Assembly: GCA_964641455.1 (NCBI GenBank)
Contig: CAZXLH010000002.1
Coordinates: 50,774 to 114,773, forward strand
Direction of reading: 5' to 3'
Source: an uncultured Eubacteriales bacterium
GTDB lineage: Bacteria; Bacillota; Sulfobacillia; Fermentithermobacillales; Fermentithermobacillaceae
DNA length: 64,000 nt
Shown piece by piece: positions 51,353-61,993 of this stretch (position 1 is the stretch's first letter; every line of letters begins with the position of its first letter). Made by a program: the position numbers and the translations under genes. The notes under the pieces were generated by a model. It saw only the letters and a list, made by a program, of their open reading frames with translations, was not told the origin of the DNA and searched no databases.

Positions 51353-51561
51353 TGTGTCTTCCTCTCCAAATTTACAAAATAGACATACAGTTGACATAAG
51401 TATATCAATGATAGACAGGCTGTTCGAAGGTAATAGATGGACACATCTAAAGAGTTTGGCAAGGCTCCTATACTTGGCTATTTCAACAAGAATATGAAAG
51501 TGCCTAACCGATGCCGGGACATGCATCGGTTAGGTTGATTGTGCGTACAAATTAGCGGTTT

Positions 51562-52449
51562 CTAGCGCCTAAGGAATTCACAGACTCCTTTGGCTAAACC
51601 TCTGGCTACTGACTCCTGAAACCAATTCTGCCTCAAGAGGTTTACATCATTCCAGTTTGTCACAAATCCTATTTCCATCAAGGCTGCCGGCATATATGTT
51701 TGATTGAGTACGTAGTATGGGCCTTTTTGAACATCGATCATTCTAAGCCCTGTGTAGTCAGATACAGCCTGGGCAAGTGTTTTCGCCAATCGTTGCGATT
51801 CCCAAGAGCCATTCCTGTAAAAGCCCATGACTCCCGATACTTGCGAGTCATTGGGATATGCATTTATATGTATGCTGAGAAAAAGATCAGCACCCCTTGA
51901 ATTAGCTATAGAAACCCTGGCAAGCAGGTCATCTGCAGGTGGCCACCAGTCACTGCCTGGTGAATAGTCACCGTACCTGGTCATAATAACAACTGCCCCT
52001 TGAGATTCAAGGTATTTTCTGACTTTGGCCGCTATGTCAAGAGTAAAGTTCTTTTCTTTATCGCCCCAATAAGATATAGCTCCGGGTTCAGGCCCGCCAT
52101 GGCCAGGGTCTATCACGATTACTCTGTTTCTCAGTGGCCCCGATCCTCTTGAAACACTGTTTGCCCTTTCAAGAGCGTTCCAAGTAAGAGGGCCGGCAAT
52201 TCCGTCGACGGCCAAACCTGCACTTCTTTGAAACTCTATTGTTGCAAATTGGGTCCTTGAGCCGAAAATCCCATCAATAGGCCCTGGATTAAAACCGGCA
52301 TTCATAAGAGATTCCTGCAAATTGGCCACACTGTCTCCATAACTTCCCAATCGAAGGAGAGAAGCTGCGTGGCCTTGAATAGGAATAAGCACAGTGATTA
52401 GTATTAGTGTAATTACTGCTATAATTGTTGATAGCCTAGGTTTTGGCAT
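51562..52449 (-). CDS. N-acetylmuramoyl-L-alanine amidase (Amidase_3) with an N-terminal PG_binding_1 domain.
   Basis: An AGGAGG RBS is followed by an ATG (MPKPRLS), then a signal peptide. The translation contains LVDGIFGSRT and VIVIDPGHGG. Confidence 0.7.
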   Translation of the reverse strand: MPKPRLSTIIAVITLILITVLIPIQGHAASLLRLGSYGDSVANLQESLMNAGFNPGPIDGIFGSRTQFATIEFQRSAGLAVDGIAGPLTWNALERANSVSRGSGPLRNRVIVIDPGHGGPEPGAISYWGDKEKNFTLDIAAKVRKYLESQGAVVIMTRYGDYSPGSDWWPPADDLLARVSIANSRGADLFLSIHINAYPNDSQVSGVMGFYRNGSWESQRLAKTLAQAVSDYTGLRMIDVQKGPYYVLNQTYMPAALMEIGFVTNWNDVNLLRQNWFQESVARGLAKGVCEFLRR

Positions 52450-52559
52450 TAATGGTGTCCTCCTTCTTGCTTGACATAACGTGGTTATATTACATACTAC
52501 CTGATAAAAACAGGTATTCACCAGGAAAAATAAGGTTATCCATGGTTTGAGGGGGTAAT

Positions 52560-54842
52560 TTGGGTATGTCTAGTTCGGATATAGGCTATGTACTACGGGA
52601 TCTACGCCAGGATCCCAGATTCATGGCTTGCATAACTGGCTGGCATCATTTATCGGCTACTCCGGCTGATTATCTCGCTATCCCACATGACTTGCATCCT
52701 TCATTGAAACAAGCACTGAGCCAAAAGGGAATAAACGCGCTTTACGCTCACCAGCGAGATTCTTATGATCGAATTTCAAATGGCGAAGATATTTGTGTGG
52801 TAACTCCGACGGCATCAGGCAAGACTATGTGTTACAATTTGCCTGTGTTGGATTCGATCCTCAAGAATGATGCAACTTGTGCTTTATACATATTTCCGAC
52901 TAAAGCGCTTGCCCAAGATCAACTGGTTGAACTTCGTAATATGTGTAAGCCGGGTGGGTTTTCGATAAGATGTTTTAGTTATGATGGCGATACACCTTCA
53001 TACAAAAGAGGCATTGCGAGGCAAGCAGGGCAGATTATAATTACTAATCCAGACATGCTGCATCTGGCTATTCTTCCTCACCATTGTGCATGGGCCGGTT
53101 TTTTTGCCAGGTTGAAATATGTAATTATTGATGAAATGCATCACTACAGAGGGGTTTTCGGAAGCCATGTAGCCAATGTTTTAAGGAGGCTTATGCGAAT
53201 TTGCCTCTTCTATGGAACAACACCTCAATTCATTTTGGCTTCTGCAACAATTGCAAACCCAGGCGAGTTGGCTTCGGCTCTAACAGGCAGATCAGTGTCG
53301 TTGGTTGACAAGAGCGGTGCCCCGGTGTCAGAGAAGGATTTTATTTTTTACAACCCCCCCGCTCTTAGCAGTGAAGGTTCAATCAGGCAATCGGCAATAA
53401 ATGCTGCATCAAGGATTGCTTTACGGTTTGTTAGAAACAACATTCAAACTTTGATTTTTGCAAAATCCAGAAAGTCATGTGAATTGCTGGTACAATACCT
53501 TAGAAATTCGTTCACTGATGAGCCTAAGAAAGGCAAAGTTCAGGGTTATCGGGGTGGGTACTTACCTAAGCAACGAAGGGCAATAGAGGAAGGCCTTCGG
53601 AACGGAGATATTATAGGCGTAGCTGCCACCAACGCGTTAGAACTGGGAATAGATATAGGCAATCTTGATGTGGTGGTTATGGCGGGTTACCCGGGAACCA
53701 TATCCAGCACTTGGCAGCAAGCAGGCAGAGCCGGAAGAAGGCAAGCAAAGTCTGTTGTTATCTTAATAGCAGCAAGTTCTCCCCTTGACCAGTTTATAAT
53801 AAGCAACCCTGATTACTTCTTTGCCCAAAGCCCTGAACACGCAATGGTAAATCCCAATAACCCCTATATCCTTGAGCAACATGCAATGTGTGCAGTTTAC
53901 GAGCTTCCGTTTAGCACCGATGACATAGCATTCAGAGGCATAAGGATTCAACCTATCTTGGAAGATTTGGCCAAAAGAAAAATCCTGGACAAAGATTCAT
54001 GCAGGTGGAATTGGCCTTCGAATGGTTTTCCTGCAGCCGGGGTGAGTCTGAGATCTGCTGCCTGTGACAATTTTACTGTAATAGATATAACTCATAACTA
54101 TAAAACCATAGGCCGGGTTGACCGGGCTTCGGCTCCAATATTAATCCACGAGCAGGCTATCTATATGCATAAGGGGCAGCAATATCAAGTTATCAAATTA
54201 GATTATCAAAGCGGAAAAGCTTATGTAAAACAAGTTAACGTAGATTATTATACTGACGCTAACCTGGCTGTAGGCATCAAGGTCATGTCAGTTGAGAAAT
54301 CTTCCCGGGCCTTCCCTGTCAAATTCGGTAAGCTCTGTGTTACTGCGCTTGCCACCGTTTACAGAAAGATTAGGCTTTATACCAACGAGAATATCGGATC
54401 AGGCGAAATAAGCATTCCTGAAGCCAATTTGCATACCCAAGGCACATGGTTCCATATCCCCGATGATCTATGCAGTAACATCGAGCCATACTTGATAGGG
54501 CGTATACTTTTCGGAATCGCTAATGTGTTATCGAATATTGCTCCTTTGTTTCTTATGAGCGACAAGCAAGATTTGGGAGTCTCAGTAGAAGTTCGTTCTG
54601 CCTATGACGGTAAGCCTACGATATACTTATATGATTCTCATCCAGGCGGGCTGGGTTTGGCGGAAAAGACGTTCCATATTCTTCCCTATATCATAAAAGC
54701 CGGCCTTGATTTAATTTCATCTTGCCAGTGCCCAAAAGGTTGTCCCGGATGTGTGGGCCCTGAGCAAAAAGCCGGCCATTATGTTAAGATTTCGTGCCTT
54801 GAGGTGCTTGGTGCCATAAGTTCAAGGGTTAGGCCCAATTAA
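52560..54842 (+). CDS. DEAD/DEAH-box helicase with a C-terminal DUF1998 4-Cys domain (MrfA/YprA family).
   Basis: The helicase motifs I (TASGKT), II (DEMH) and VI (QAGRAGR) are present. The C-terminus reads CQCPKGCPGCV. Confidence 0.75.
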   Translation: MGMSSSDIGYVLRDLRQDPRFMACITGWHHLSATPADYLAIPHDLHPSLKQALSQKGINALYAHQRDSYDRISNGEDICVVTPTASGKTMCYNLPVLDSILKNDATCALYIFPTKALAQDQLVELRNMCKPGGFSIRCFSYDGDTPSYKRGIARQAGQIIITNPDMLHLAILPHHCAWAGFFARLKYVIIDEMHHYRGVFGSHVANVLRRLMRICLFYGTTPQFILASATIANPGELASALTGRSVSLVDKSGAPVSEKDFIFYNPPALSSEGSIRQSAINAASRIALRFVRNNIQTLIFAKSRKSCELLVQYLRNSFTDEPKKGKVQGYRGGYLPKQRRAIEEGLRNGDIIGVAATNALELGIDIGNLDVVVMAGYPGTISSTWQQAGRAGRRQAKSVVILIAASSPLDQFIISNPDYFFAQSPEHAMVNPNNPYILEQHAMCAVYELPFSTDDIAFRGIRIQPILEDLAKRKILDKDSCRWNWPSNGFPAAGVSLRSAACDNFTVIDITHNYKTIGRVDRASAPILIHEQAIYMHKGQQYQVIKLDYQSGKAYVKQVNVDYYTDANLAVGIKVMSVEKSSRAFPVKFGKLCVTALATVYRKIRLYTNENIGSGEISIPEANLHTQGTWFHIPDDLCSNIEPYLIGRILFGIANVLSNIAPLFLMSDKQDLGVSVEVRSAYDGKPTIYLYDSHPGGLGLAEKTFHILPYIIKAGLDLISSCQCPKGCPGCVGPEQKAGHYVKISCLEVLGAISSRVRPN

Positions 54843-54949
54843 CAGCGATTTCTACCTTGTAACTGTTATACCCTATGTTTTTCACTCATAACTATAAGCA
54901 ACCAAGGCTCTCTTTTTAACTCTTATTCTTGTCGAAAGGAGGAATATGA

Positions 54950-55675
54950 TTGCTCATTTCTTTAAAGCCACGTCATCGTGAGCGGGTGTTAATCTTCATT
55001 GCTTTTGCCTTGTTGGTTGCCGGTGCAAAAATAGGCGTCACGTTTCATGACAAAAGCGTTGCGGCCAATATAACCCCTTTAACTCGTGTAAAAACATCAG
55101 AACCGGTTATAGGCGTCATGGTTGACGTATCACAGGCTACTGCTGAATCTGTGGCTCAATGCTTAGGTGTTTTTGAATCTGCCGGCATTAAAGCCACCTG
55201 GTTTTGCTCGGCCACTTTTGCAGAAGCTCATGATGATTTGATACAGCAAATTATTGATAATGGCCATGAATTAGGGCTTTCGGGCACCGATGATAAGGCC
55301 ATGGACCGGCTTGACGATGCGGAAATTGAACTGCGGTTGGTTAGGGCAAGGGAAGCTCTTATTAAGACTGCCGAACCTATGCCCTTCTTTTATGCACCTG
55401 CAGGCCGTTTCAATAAGAAACTTGTAAATGCAGCTTTTGAGCAAGGGTTCTACTCAGTCAAAGGCTCCATTGACGGGAAAGCCCTTAGAGGAAAAGTAGA
55501 CAGCGTAGTAAGGAAGGTTGGCGGTTCTGCCAAGCCTGGCGACATACTTATAATACGCATAGGCAAGAAAGGCATGGTTCCCAAACCTGAGTATATTGAA
55601 AATCTGGCAACATACCTTAAAATTCAAGGAATGTCTATGGTAAGCCTGTCTACCCTGGTAAGAGGGATACGATAA
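54950..55675 (+). CDS. Polysaccharide-deacetylase-like (NodB-fold) protein with an N-terminal TM segment.
   Basis: An AAGGAGG RBS lies 6 nt before the TTG. Fold similarity is only moderate and the catalytic motifs were not verified. Confidence 0.45.
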   Translation: MLISLKPRHRERVLIFIAFALLVAGAKIGVTFHDKSVAANITPLTRVKTSEPVIGVMVDVSQATAESVAQCLGVFESAGIKATWFCSATFAEAHDDLIQQIIDNGHELGLSGTDDKAMDRLDDAEIELRLVRAREALIKTAEPMPFFYAPAGRFNKKLVNAAFEQGFYSVKGSIDGKALRGKVDSVVRKVGGSAKPGDILIIRIGKKGMVPKPEYIENLATYLKIQGMSMVSLSTLVRGIR

Positions 55676-55719
55676 CAGTTTGCTTATGAAGGCACCCGGT
55701 TTTCGCCAGGTTACCGGTT

Positions 55720-56916
55720 TTACTGAAGCCTCAGGTTACTGAAATATATGATAAGTTTTGAGGCCAGGCGTGCCATCAGCCGCCAGGGTGTTCGGGGGTT
55801 TACCCAGACACCTGCTACAAGTTCAGAATGTGCCACTACCTGGTCGCCTAAGCAAAGGGTAGCCTGGCCTATTACAGTTCCGGCAGGGCACGGTGCTTTA
55901 ATTGTGCCGGGTAAGTCAACGTGTATTCTTAAGCCCAGTGCGTATCTGGGTACACAGGCATGCAAATTATTTAGGCAATGTATTGGAACATATTTCTCAG
56001 TCGAATTGGATGCCGGCAGAGTAACAACAGTTTCTCCTGCCGACACTACTTTCACAAACCTGAAATTCTCAAAGCCGTATTCCAAAAGTTCGGCAGCATC
56101 ATGCCATCTGTCGTTGCTGTCAAGCACAATTGCCAAAAGACGCATTCCGTTTTTGGTTGCTGACGTAACAAGGCACTGTCCTGCAGCTTGAGTAGTACCT
56201 GTCTTGACACCGTCTACTTCGGGAAGAAGCCAAAGCAGCCGGTTGGTATTTTGAAGAGACAAGACTATATTTGTTTCAGCTTCAATAACATCTTTTTCTT
56301 TAGTGGCAACAAGGTTCTTAAAATAAGGGTGCCTAAGACAAACTCTGGCTATGAGTGCAAGGTCAAATGCAGTTGTGTAATGATTTGGATCAGTAAGCCC
56401 ATGAGGGTTTTCAAATCTGGTGTTTATCGCCCCCAGTTGCTTAGCCCGTTGATTCATTAAGGTGAAAAATTCCGAGGCAGATCCATGTCCTATATGTTCT
56501 GCAATTGCCCAAGCTGCATCATTGCCTGAATTTAACATTAACCCGTATAAGAGGCCTGTCAAACTAAACTTATTACCGGCTCTAAGATGCATAGACGAAC
56601 CGGGCTGAAACGCAGCGTCACGGGATACCTCAACTATGTCTTCCAAACGTCCTCGTTCCAACGCAATAAGGGCAGTCATCATCTTGGTCAGGCTGGCAGG
56701 ATGCATTCGGCTAAACCCTTGTTTCTCAAAAATTATGGAACCGGTTTGCCATTCCATCAATATTGCAGCCCTGGCAGATACTTGTGGCTGCCAGGATGGC
56801 CCGGCCCCCTGGCAATAAGCAAAATGTGTGTTATGGCTGTCTACGCAGGCAAGTATTATGAGCACTAAACACAATATTCCCGGTAACTTGCTCCTTCTAG
56901 AAGATAACACGCTCAT
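55720..56916 (-). CDS. Serine-type D-Ala-D-Ala carboxypeptidase (S11, DacB/DacF-like).
   Basis: The SxxK motif is ASLTKMMT, an SGN motif is present, and a signal peptide follows the internal ATG that has a GGAGTGA RBS. Confidence 0.75.
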   Translation of the reverse strand: MSVLSSRRSKLPGILCLVLIILACVDSHNTHFAYCQGAGPSWQPQVSARAAILMEWQTGSIIFEKQGFSRMHPASLTKMMTALIALERGRLEDIVEVSRDAAFQPGSSMHLRAGNKFSLTGLLYGLMLNSGNDAAWAIAEHIGHGSASEFFTLMNQRAKQLGAINTRFENPHGLTDPNHYTTAFDLALIARVCLRHPYFKNLVATKEKDVIEAETNIVLSLQNTNRLLWLLPEVDGVKTGTTQAAGQCLVTSATKNGMRLLAIVLDSNDRWHDAAELLEYGFENFRFVKVVSAGETVVTLPASNSTEKYVPIHCLNNLHACVPRYALGLRIHVDLPGTIKAPCPAGTVIGQATLCLGDQVVAHSELVAGVWVNPRTPWRLMARLASKLIIYFSNLRLQ

Positions 56917-56989
56917 ACCATCACTCCGAGTTTCTGAGAGGATCAAAAACATCATATGGGAATCCTTACGACGGTATGATGCTTAATAT

Positions 56990-57874
56990 CTATATTTCCT
57001 TGTTATACCGAAAGATCAAGTCTTTAACCGGCCCGTAAGGGCCTCCTTCACCCAGTTCTTGTCCGTTTAATGTTATAGTGAGCACCCAGGGTTTACCGGC
57101 CCGCACATAAATTTCATTGTCTGCGGTAACGTCAACAGATTCATTTGGCCCCACGGTTTTCTCAGTTACAATTTGGCCATCGGCTCTTACTTGAATCCAA
57201 CATGTAGTATCTTCACCCGGCAAAGTCCGAAGTGTAACCTCCAAAGGGGTTTGATTAATTTCAAAAACAGTAGTTTGCTCGTTTGGGTCGGATCTTTCAA
57301 TTGAAGCTTCCGCCGGTTCTTCCACAGGATCGCCCTTGCCTCCAGGCTGTTCCGGTTGAGGTTCAGTTTGGCCATTGCCATTATCGTTTTCAAGGTCTGC
57401 ACTCTGGCCGGGTACAGCTCGACGAAATATGTTGTTAAATACTTTAGCAGCTCCCCAAATTGCTGCCACTATGAGAACCAGTATAATCATTGTGGTTACT
57501 ATGTTGGTGCGGCCCTTTTTCCTCCTGCGTTTGCCTCTCCTAACACCTGTTGCCGGAGGATGCGCAGTGGAAATTTTGTGAGTTTGAGTTTTATTTGCAA
57601 CTTTCCCTTCACAAATTTCCCCATAAATCCGAGAAACTTCTAAACCATCCAAGCCTAAGAACTCAGCGTAAGATTTGAGAAATGCCCTAAAATAAGTCTT
57701 GCCAGGTGGAATATTATCGTCCCCGGCTTCTACTGCCATAAGGTATTTGGAGCGGATTTTGGTCTGCTCTTGTACTTCTTCAAGGGATAATCCCAGGTTT
57801 TCCCTTCGTGCCCTGATAGTTTCACCTATCTCAATTAACTTGTCGCGTGAATCATTAATAACCTCCTCAGCCAC
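56990..57874 (-). CDS. rodZ: RodZ-like cytoskeleton protein with an HTH, a TM segment and a DUF4115 domain.
   Basis: An AAGGAGGG RBS precedes a GTG. The N-terminal HTH reads LSLEEVQEQTKIRSKYLMAVE, followed by a TM segment and a C-terminal beta-rich domain. Confidence 0.7.
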   Translation of the reverse strand: MAEEVINDSRDKLIEIGETIRARRENLGLSLEEVQEQTKIRSKYLMAVEAGDDNIPPGKTYFRAFLKSYAEFLGLDGLEVSRIYGEICEGKVANKTQTHKISTAHPPATGVRRGKRRRKKGRTNIVTTMIILVLIVAAIWGAAKVFNNIFRRAVPGQSADLENDNGNGQTEPQPEQPGGKGDPVEEPAEASIERSDPNEQTTVFEINQTPLEVTLRTLPGEDTTCWIQVRADGQIVTEKTVGPNESVDVTADNEIYVRAGKPWVLTITLNGQELGEGGPYGPVKDLIFRYNKEI

Positions 57875-57893
57875 GTTCTTCCCTCCTTCACGC

Positions 57894-59210
57894 TCATGGC
57901 CTCAATCTGGTGATCGTTCTCGGGAACGGGCTGGCTTCTCTCACATGGTCAAGGCCACATAACCAAGCTACAACACGTTCTATTCCCATCCCAAAACCGC
58001 TATGTGGTACAGCACCGTATTTCCTTAGGTCCAGATACCATTGATACTCTGCCACAGAAAGATTATGTTGTTTAATCCTGTCCAAAAGCAAATCATAGTC
58101 GTAAATTCGCTCGCCACCGCCTATGATCTCCCCATGTCCTTCAGGCGCTAACAGATCAGCTCCCAGCACTGTCTCAGGGTTATTGGAATCCGGTTGCATA
58201 TAGAAAGCTTTTATCTTCGTTGGGTAATGTGTGACGAAAACAGGTTTGCGATAATGAGATGCTATCTCTGTCTCGTGGGGAGCGCCAAAATCATCACCCC
58301 ACGTAATATCCATTCCTTTTTGAACTAACATTTCGATGGCTTCGGTATAAGTAATTCTCGGGAAAGGAGGCTCAATCACAGATAAGTCTTCAGGATCCCG
58401 GCCCAATTCCCTCAGCTCTGATTCGCAGTTTTCAAGCACCTTTCTAACCACATAAGTTACCATTCTTTCCTCAAGACCCAGTAACTCATCAAACTGCATA
58501 AACGCCGCTTCAGGCTCAACCATCCAAAATTCAGTCAAATGACGGCGTGTCTTGGATTTTTCAGCCCTGAATGTGGGCCCAAAACAGTATACTTTTCCCA
58601 AAGACATAATAGCAGCTTCATTGTAAAGTTGGCCGCTTTGGCTCAAGAAAGCATGTTCTCCAAAGTACTCAACAGAGAATAGAGTTGTAGTGCCCTCACA
58701 TGCAGACGGTGTGAAAATAGGTGCGTCAACATTCATAAACCCTTCTTGGTTAAGAAAATCCCGGCAAGCCCTTATGATTTCAGCTCGTATCTTCAGAATA
58801 TCTCTTTGACGAGGAGTGCGCATCCATAAATGCCTGTTATCAAGCAGAAACTCAACTCCGTGCTCCTTAAGGGTTATAGGATAGTCATCAAACGCCTCAG
58901 ATACAATCGTACAATCAGTCAGCCCCAGTTCATATCCGCCCGGAGCCCTGGAATCTTTTTTGACGATGCCTTCGACGGTGAGGCACGACTCTTGATTGAG
59001 TCTCTCCAACCGCTCAAAGAGATCTTTACCTATGTCTTTTTGTGAAGCGACACATTGCATTGTGCCTGTACCGTCACGCAGTATCACAAAAATTACCTTA
59101 CCTGATGATCGTTTGTTGTATAGCCATCCTTTTAGCCGGATTTTGCGGTTTTCATACGAACCTACTTTGCCTATTGTACTACTATATGTTGTTTCAGCAG
59201 ATGAGTTCAT
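57894..59210 (-). CDS. asnS: Asparagine--tRNA ligase.
   Basis: The class-IIb synthetase is 438 aa with an N-terminal OB fold (GWLYNKRSSGKVIFVILRDGTG) and motifs 2 and 3. Confidence 0.85.
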   Translation of the reverse strand: MNSSAETTYSSTIGKVGSYENRKIRLKGWLYNKRSSGKVIFVILRDGTGTMQCVASQKDIGKDLFERLERLNQESCLTVEGIVKKDSRAPGGYELGLTDCTIVSEAFDDYPITLKEHGVEFLLDNRHLWMRTPRQRDILKIRAEIIRACRDFLNQEGFMNVDAPIFTPSACEGTTTLFSVEYFGEHAFLSQSGQLYNEAAIMSLGKVYCFGPTFRAEKSKTRRHLTEFWMVEPEAAFMQFDELLGLEERMVTYVVRKVLENCESELRELGRDPEDLSVIEPPFPRITYTEAIEMLVQKGMDITWGDDFGAPHETEIASHYRKPVFVTHYPTKIKAFYMQPDSNNPETVLGADLLAPEGHGEIIGGGERIYDYDLLLDRIKQHNLSVAEYQWYLDLRKYGAVPHSGFGMGIERVVAWLCGLDHVREASPFPRTITRLRP

Positions 59211-59276
59211 GATGACACTTCCTCCTCAAACTTGTCCTGTACTTAGTGTAGCATTCATAGTTAAACTTGGTAAGGG

Positions 59277-61970
59277 TTACTCCGGGCCTACCGGCTGTTC
59301 CCGCAATTGCTTTAGGATTAGTCCAAGTTCATCCATGGTTTTTCCATAGCCTGCCCAATCTCCGTTTCTAAGCCTGTCTTGGGCCTCGGCCCAAAGCTCA
59401 TTGGCTCTTTCAATAAGATTCGATAGGCCGGCTGCTTCGATTTCTCCTGCAGGTGGTTCGGCTACGGGCCCCACCAGCTTATTTAAAGCATCTTCGACTG
59501 TAGTTCCCATAACAACCTGGCCGCCGGCATACATCAAAACACGCTTGAGTTCAGGTATTTTTACTTTTTCTGCTTGGATATACAAAGGTTCTACGTACAG
59601 GAATGAGCCATCCATTGGGATAGTCACAAGGTTTCCTCTTATCACTTGGGACCCAACCTGGCCCCAAAGTGTCGTAGCTTCTGAAATAGACGGATTTTGA
59701 GAAATAAGTGATTCGACTTGCATTGGCCCTGGTATATGTTTGTCTTTTGGCAAAACATAAAGCAGCATCTCTCCGTACCTTTCAGGGTCACATCTTACTG
59801 CCAGCCAAGCTGTCATGTTGGGCTTTCCCCTGGGTGTGAAAGGTATGATTTGCACATATTCAGTAGCAGTTTCCCCAGGCAAAGCAATCAAGATGTAGTA
59901 TGGCTCTACAGGTATTTCCTGATTGCCATAGATCTCCATTGGAATTTCCCAGTAGTCTTCCTTGTTGTAGTAAACTTGCGGATCGGTCATATGGTAAGTT
60001 GTAAGCATCCTGGTTTGCACTGTAAACATGTCCTGTGGAAAACGGATATGTTGCTTGAGTTCCTCTGGCATCTCATCCAGGGGCTTGGTCAACTGAGGGA
60101 AAACCTTCTCGTAAGTTTGCAACACCGGATCTGATTTATCAGCGCTGTAAAACACCGTTTCACCACTATAAGCATCGATTACCACTTTTACGGCATTTCT
60201 CATGTAGTTGACCCTTAATTGGGAGTCCGGTTGGCTATACGGATAGTTTGACGACACAGTATAGCCGTCAATGAACCAGTACAGTTTGCCTTCTGCAAGC
60301 ACCAGATATGGATCTTGGTCATATAGGAAAAAAGGTGCGATTGTTTTGGCCCGGCCAACAATGTTCCGATTCATGATTAGCCTTGAATCCGGGGTCAAAG
60401 CTCCTGACACTAATATCTGATAGTCCCGGAACCGAATGGTAAAAGCAAGTTTCTTAAGAAAATTGTTTAGGCTTATGCCTGCATCGCCCTGATAAAATGT
60501 AGGCTCTATCGTTTGAGAATCCAGTTTGGGATAATCGAATTCAGGCTCTTTGGTATTTACAATCACATAATGATTGGTCAGTTCTCCAAAATATAGTTCC
60601 GGCCGGGTGAGCAAAAGATCAGTTAGGGTCTTGGGAGGTACGTCTTTAAAGTAAAATGCCGGCATACCTTCTCGTGTTACTTCCCGTGAAGGGCTCATTA
60701 CCATGCCGTATCCATGAGTATATTTCAGGTGTAAGTTAACCCAGGTTTTTGCTTCCGCAGGCAAGAGGTTTATGTCCAATTCCCTGGGTGAAAGCAATAC
60801 TTGCCGAAGGTTGCCGTCTACAGTGTACCTGTCTATATCTACATCATTGAACTTGTAATACATCCTTATTTCTTGCACTTGGCTGAATGTGTCGCTGAGC
60901 ACACGGTAGTCCCATAGCCTTAGGTTGCTGATTGTATCCGGGTTAGCCAGGATATCGTCCCTGGCCAATGAGTCATCTGCAGGATATTCAACAATTTCAA
61001 TGTTATCTAACCCAAACGCGTGCCTGGTAAATTGTATGTTTTTCTCAATAAAAGGCTCTTCATATGCAATTTCGTTAGGAGATACGGTAAACTGCTGAAT
61101 GAAAGCAGGGTATGCATACCCGACTGCAAGAGACATAACTACGAGCCCAACAACAGCATATCCTACCCACCTGAAATTGTGCATAATAAGGCCCAGCAAC
61201 GAAAAGGCCACACCCGCCAACGCTACGGCAATTAGCCCTTTGTAAGTCGGAACCTGGGCATAAATGTCAGTATAAGAAGCTCCAAAGGCTACTCCCCTGG
61301 GAGAGTACATGAGATTCCAAATGTTGATCTTATAGTTCCACGCCCTTAGCCCAAACAATACAGCAGACAGAATCGACAGGTGGATGCGTGCCCTTCGAAC
61401 TACGATAATCCTTCTTTCGCCGAAACGTATGTCGCCGAAGATAAAATACATTATCCCCGAAAGAACCAAAGCTGCAATAAAAGCAACCCATAAGTGTTGC
61501 TGAAGCAGGCTAATGAACGGTAAAGTAAAAATGTAAAACCCTACGTCTTTCCCGAAAAACGGATCATTTATTTCAAACGGAGTAGCATTTAAGTGAGCCA
61601 AAATTACATGCCACTGGCTGTATCCGGACAATCCGCCCAGTATCCCTACTACCACAGAGATTATCAGAACCCAGCGCCCCATTCTTTCAGGCGAACGAAT
61701 GGGTACCGGCATAACCAGCCCGCCTACTACGTTTAGGTCACGCCGCCTCCACATAACCGCCATTAAATTAGCAAAAGCTACTGCAAAGAACAACAATCCC
61801 CCGGCTAGAGCTACAAGCCACCTGGCTTTAAAAATTGTCCAATATACAGAACTGTAGCCTAATTCTTCAAACCACAATATGTCCGTGTAAAATTTTGCTA
61901 TTCCTGTTGAGGCCAGAACTATGGCCACAGCTATGCCTATTAAGATCCAAAGCCATCGTTGTGTAGGCAT
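59277..61970 (-). CDS. UPF0182-family large polytopic membrane protein.
   Basis: The protein is 897 aa, its N-terminus (TDILWFEELGY) is typical of UPF0182, and it has about seven TM helices followed by a large soluble domain. Confidence 0.75.
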   Translation of the reverse strand: MPTQRWLWILIGIAVAIVLASTGIAKFYTDILWFEELGYSSVYWTIFKARWLVALAGGLLFFAVAFANLMAVMWRRRDLNVVGGLVMPVPIRSPERMGRWVLIISVVVGILGGLSGYSQWHVILAHLNATPFEINDPFFGKDVGFYIFTLPFISLLQQHLWVAFIAALVLSGIMYFIFGDIRFGERRIIVVRRARIHLSILSAVLFGLRAWNYKINIWNLMYSPRGVAFGASYTDIYAQVPTYKGLIAVALAGVAFSLLGLIMHNFRWVGYAVVGLVVMSLAVGYAYPAFIQQFTVSPNEIAYEEPFIEKNIQFTRHAFGLDNIEIVEYPADDSLARDDILANPDTISNLRLWDYRVLSDTFSQVQEIRMYYKFNDVDIDRYTVDGNLRQVLLSPRELDINLLPAEAKTWVNLHLKYTHGYGMVMSPSREVTREGMPAFYFKDVPPKTLTDLLLTRPELYFGELTNHYVIVNTKEPEFDYPKLDSQTIEPTFYQGDAGISLNNFLKKLAFTIRFRDYQILVSGALTPDSRLIMNRNIVGRAKTIAPFFLYDQDPYLVLAEGKLYWFIDGYTVSSNYPYSQPDSQLRVNYMRNAVKVVIDAYSGETVFYSADKSDPVLQTYEKVFPQLTKPLDEMPEELKQHIRFPQDMFTVQTRMLTTYHMTDPQVYYNKEDYWEIPMEIYGNQEIPVEPYYILIALPGETATEYVQIIPFTPRGKPNMTAWLAVRCDPERYGEMLLYVLPKDKHIPGPMQVESLISQNPSISEATTLWGQVGSQVIRGNLVTIPMDGSFLYVEPLYIQAEKVKIPELKRVLMYAGGQVVMGTTVEDALNKLVGPVAEPPAGEIEAAGLSNLIERANELWAEAQDRLRNGDWAGYGKTMDELGLILKQLREQPVGPE

Positions 61971-61993
61971 TTCGGAATCAAGCCTCCTTTCTC

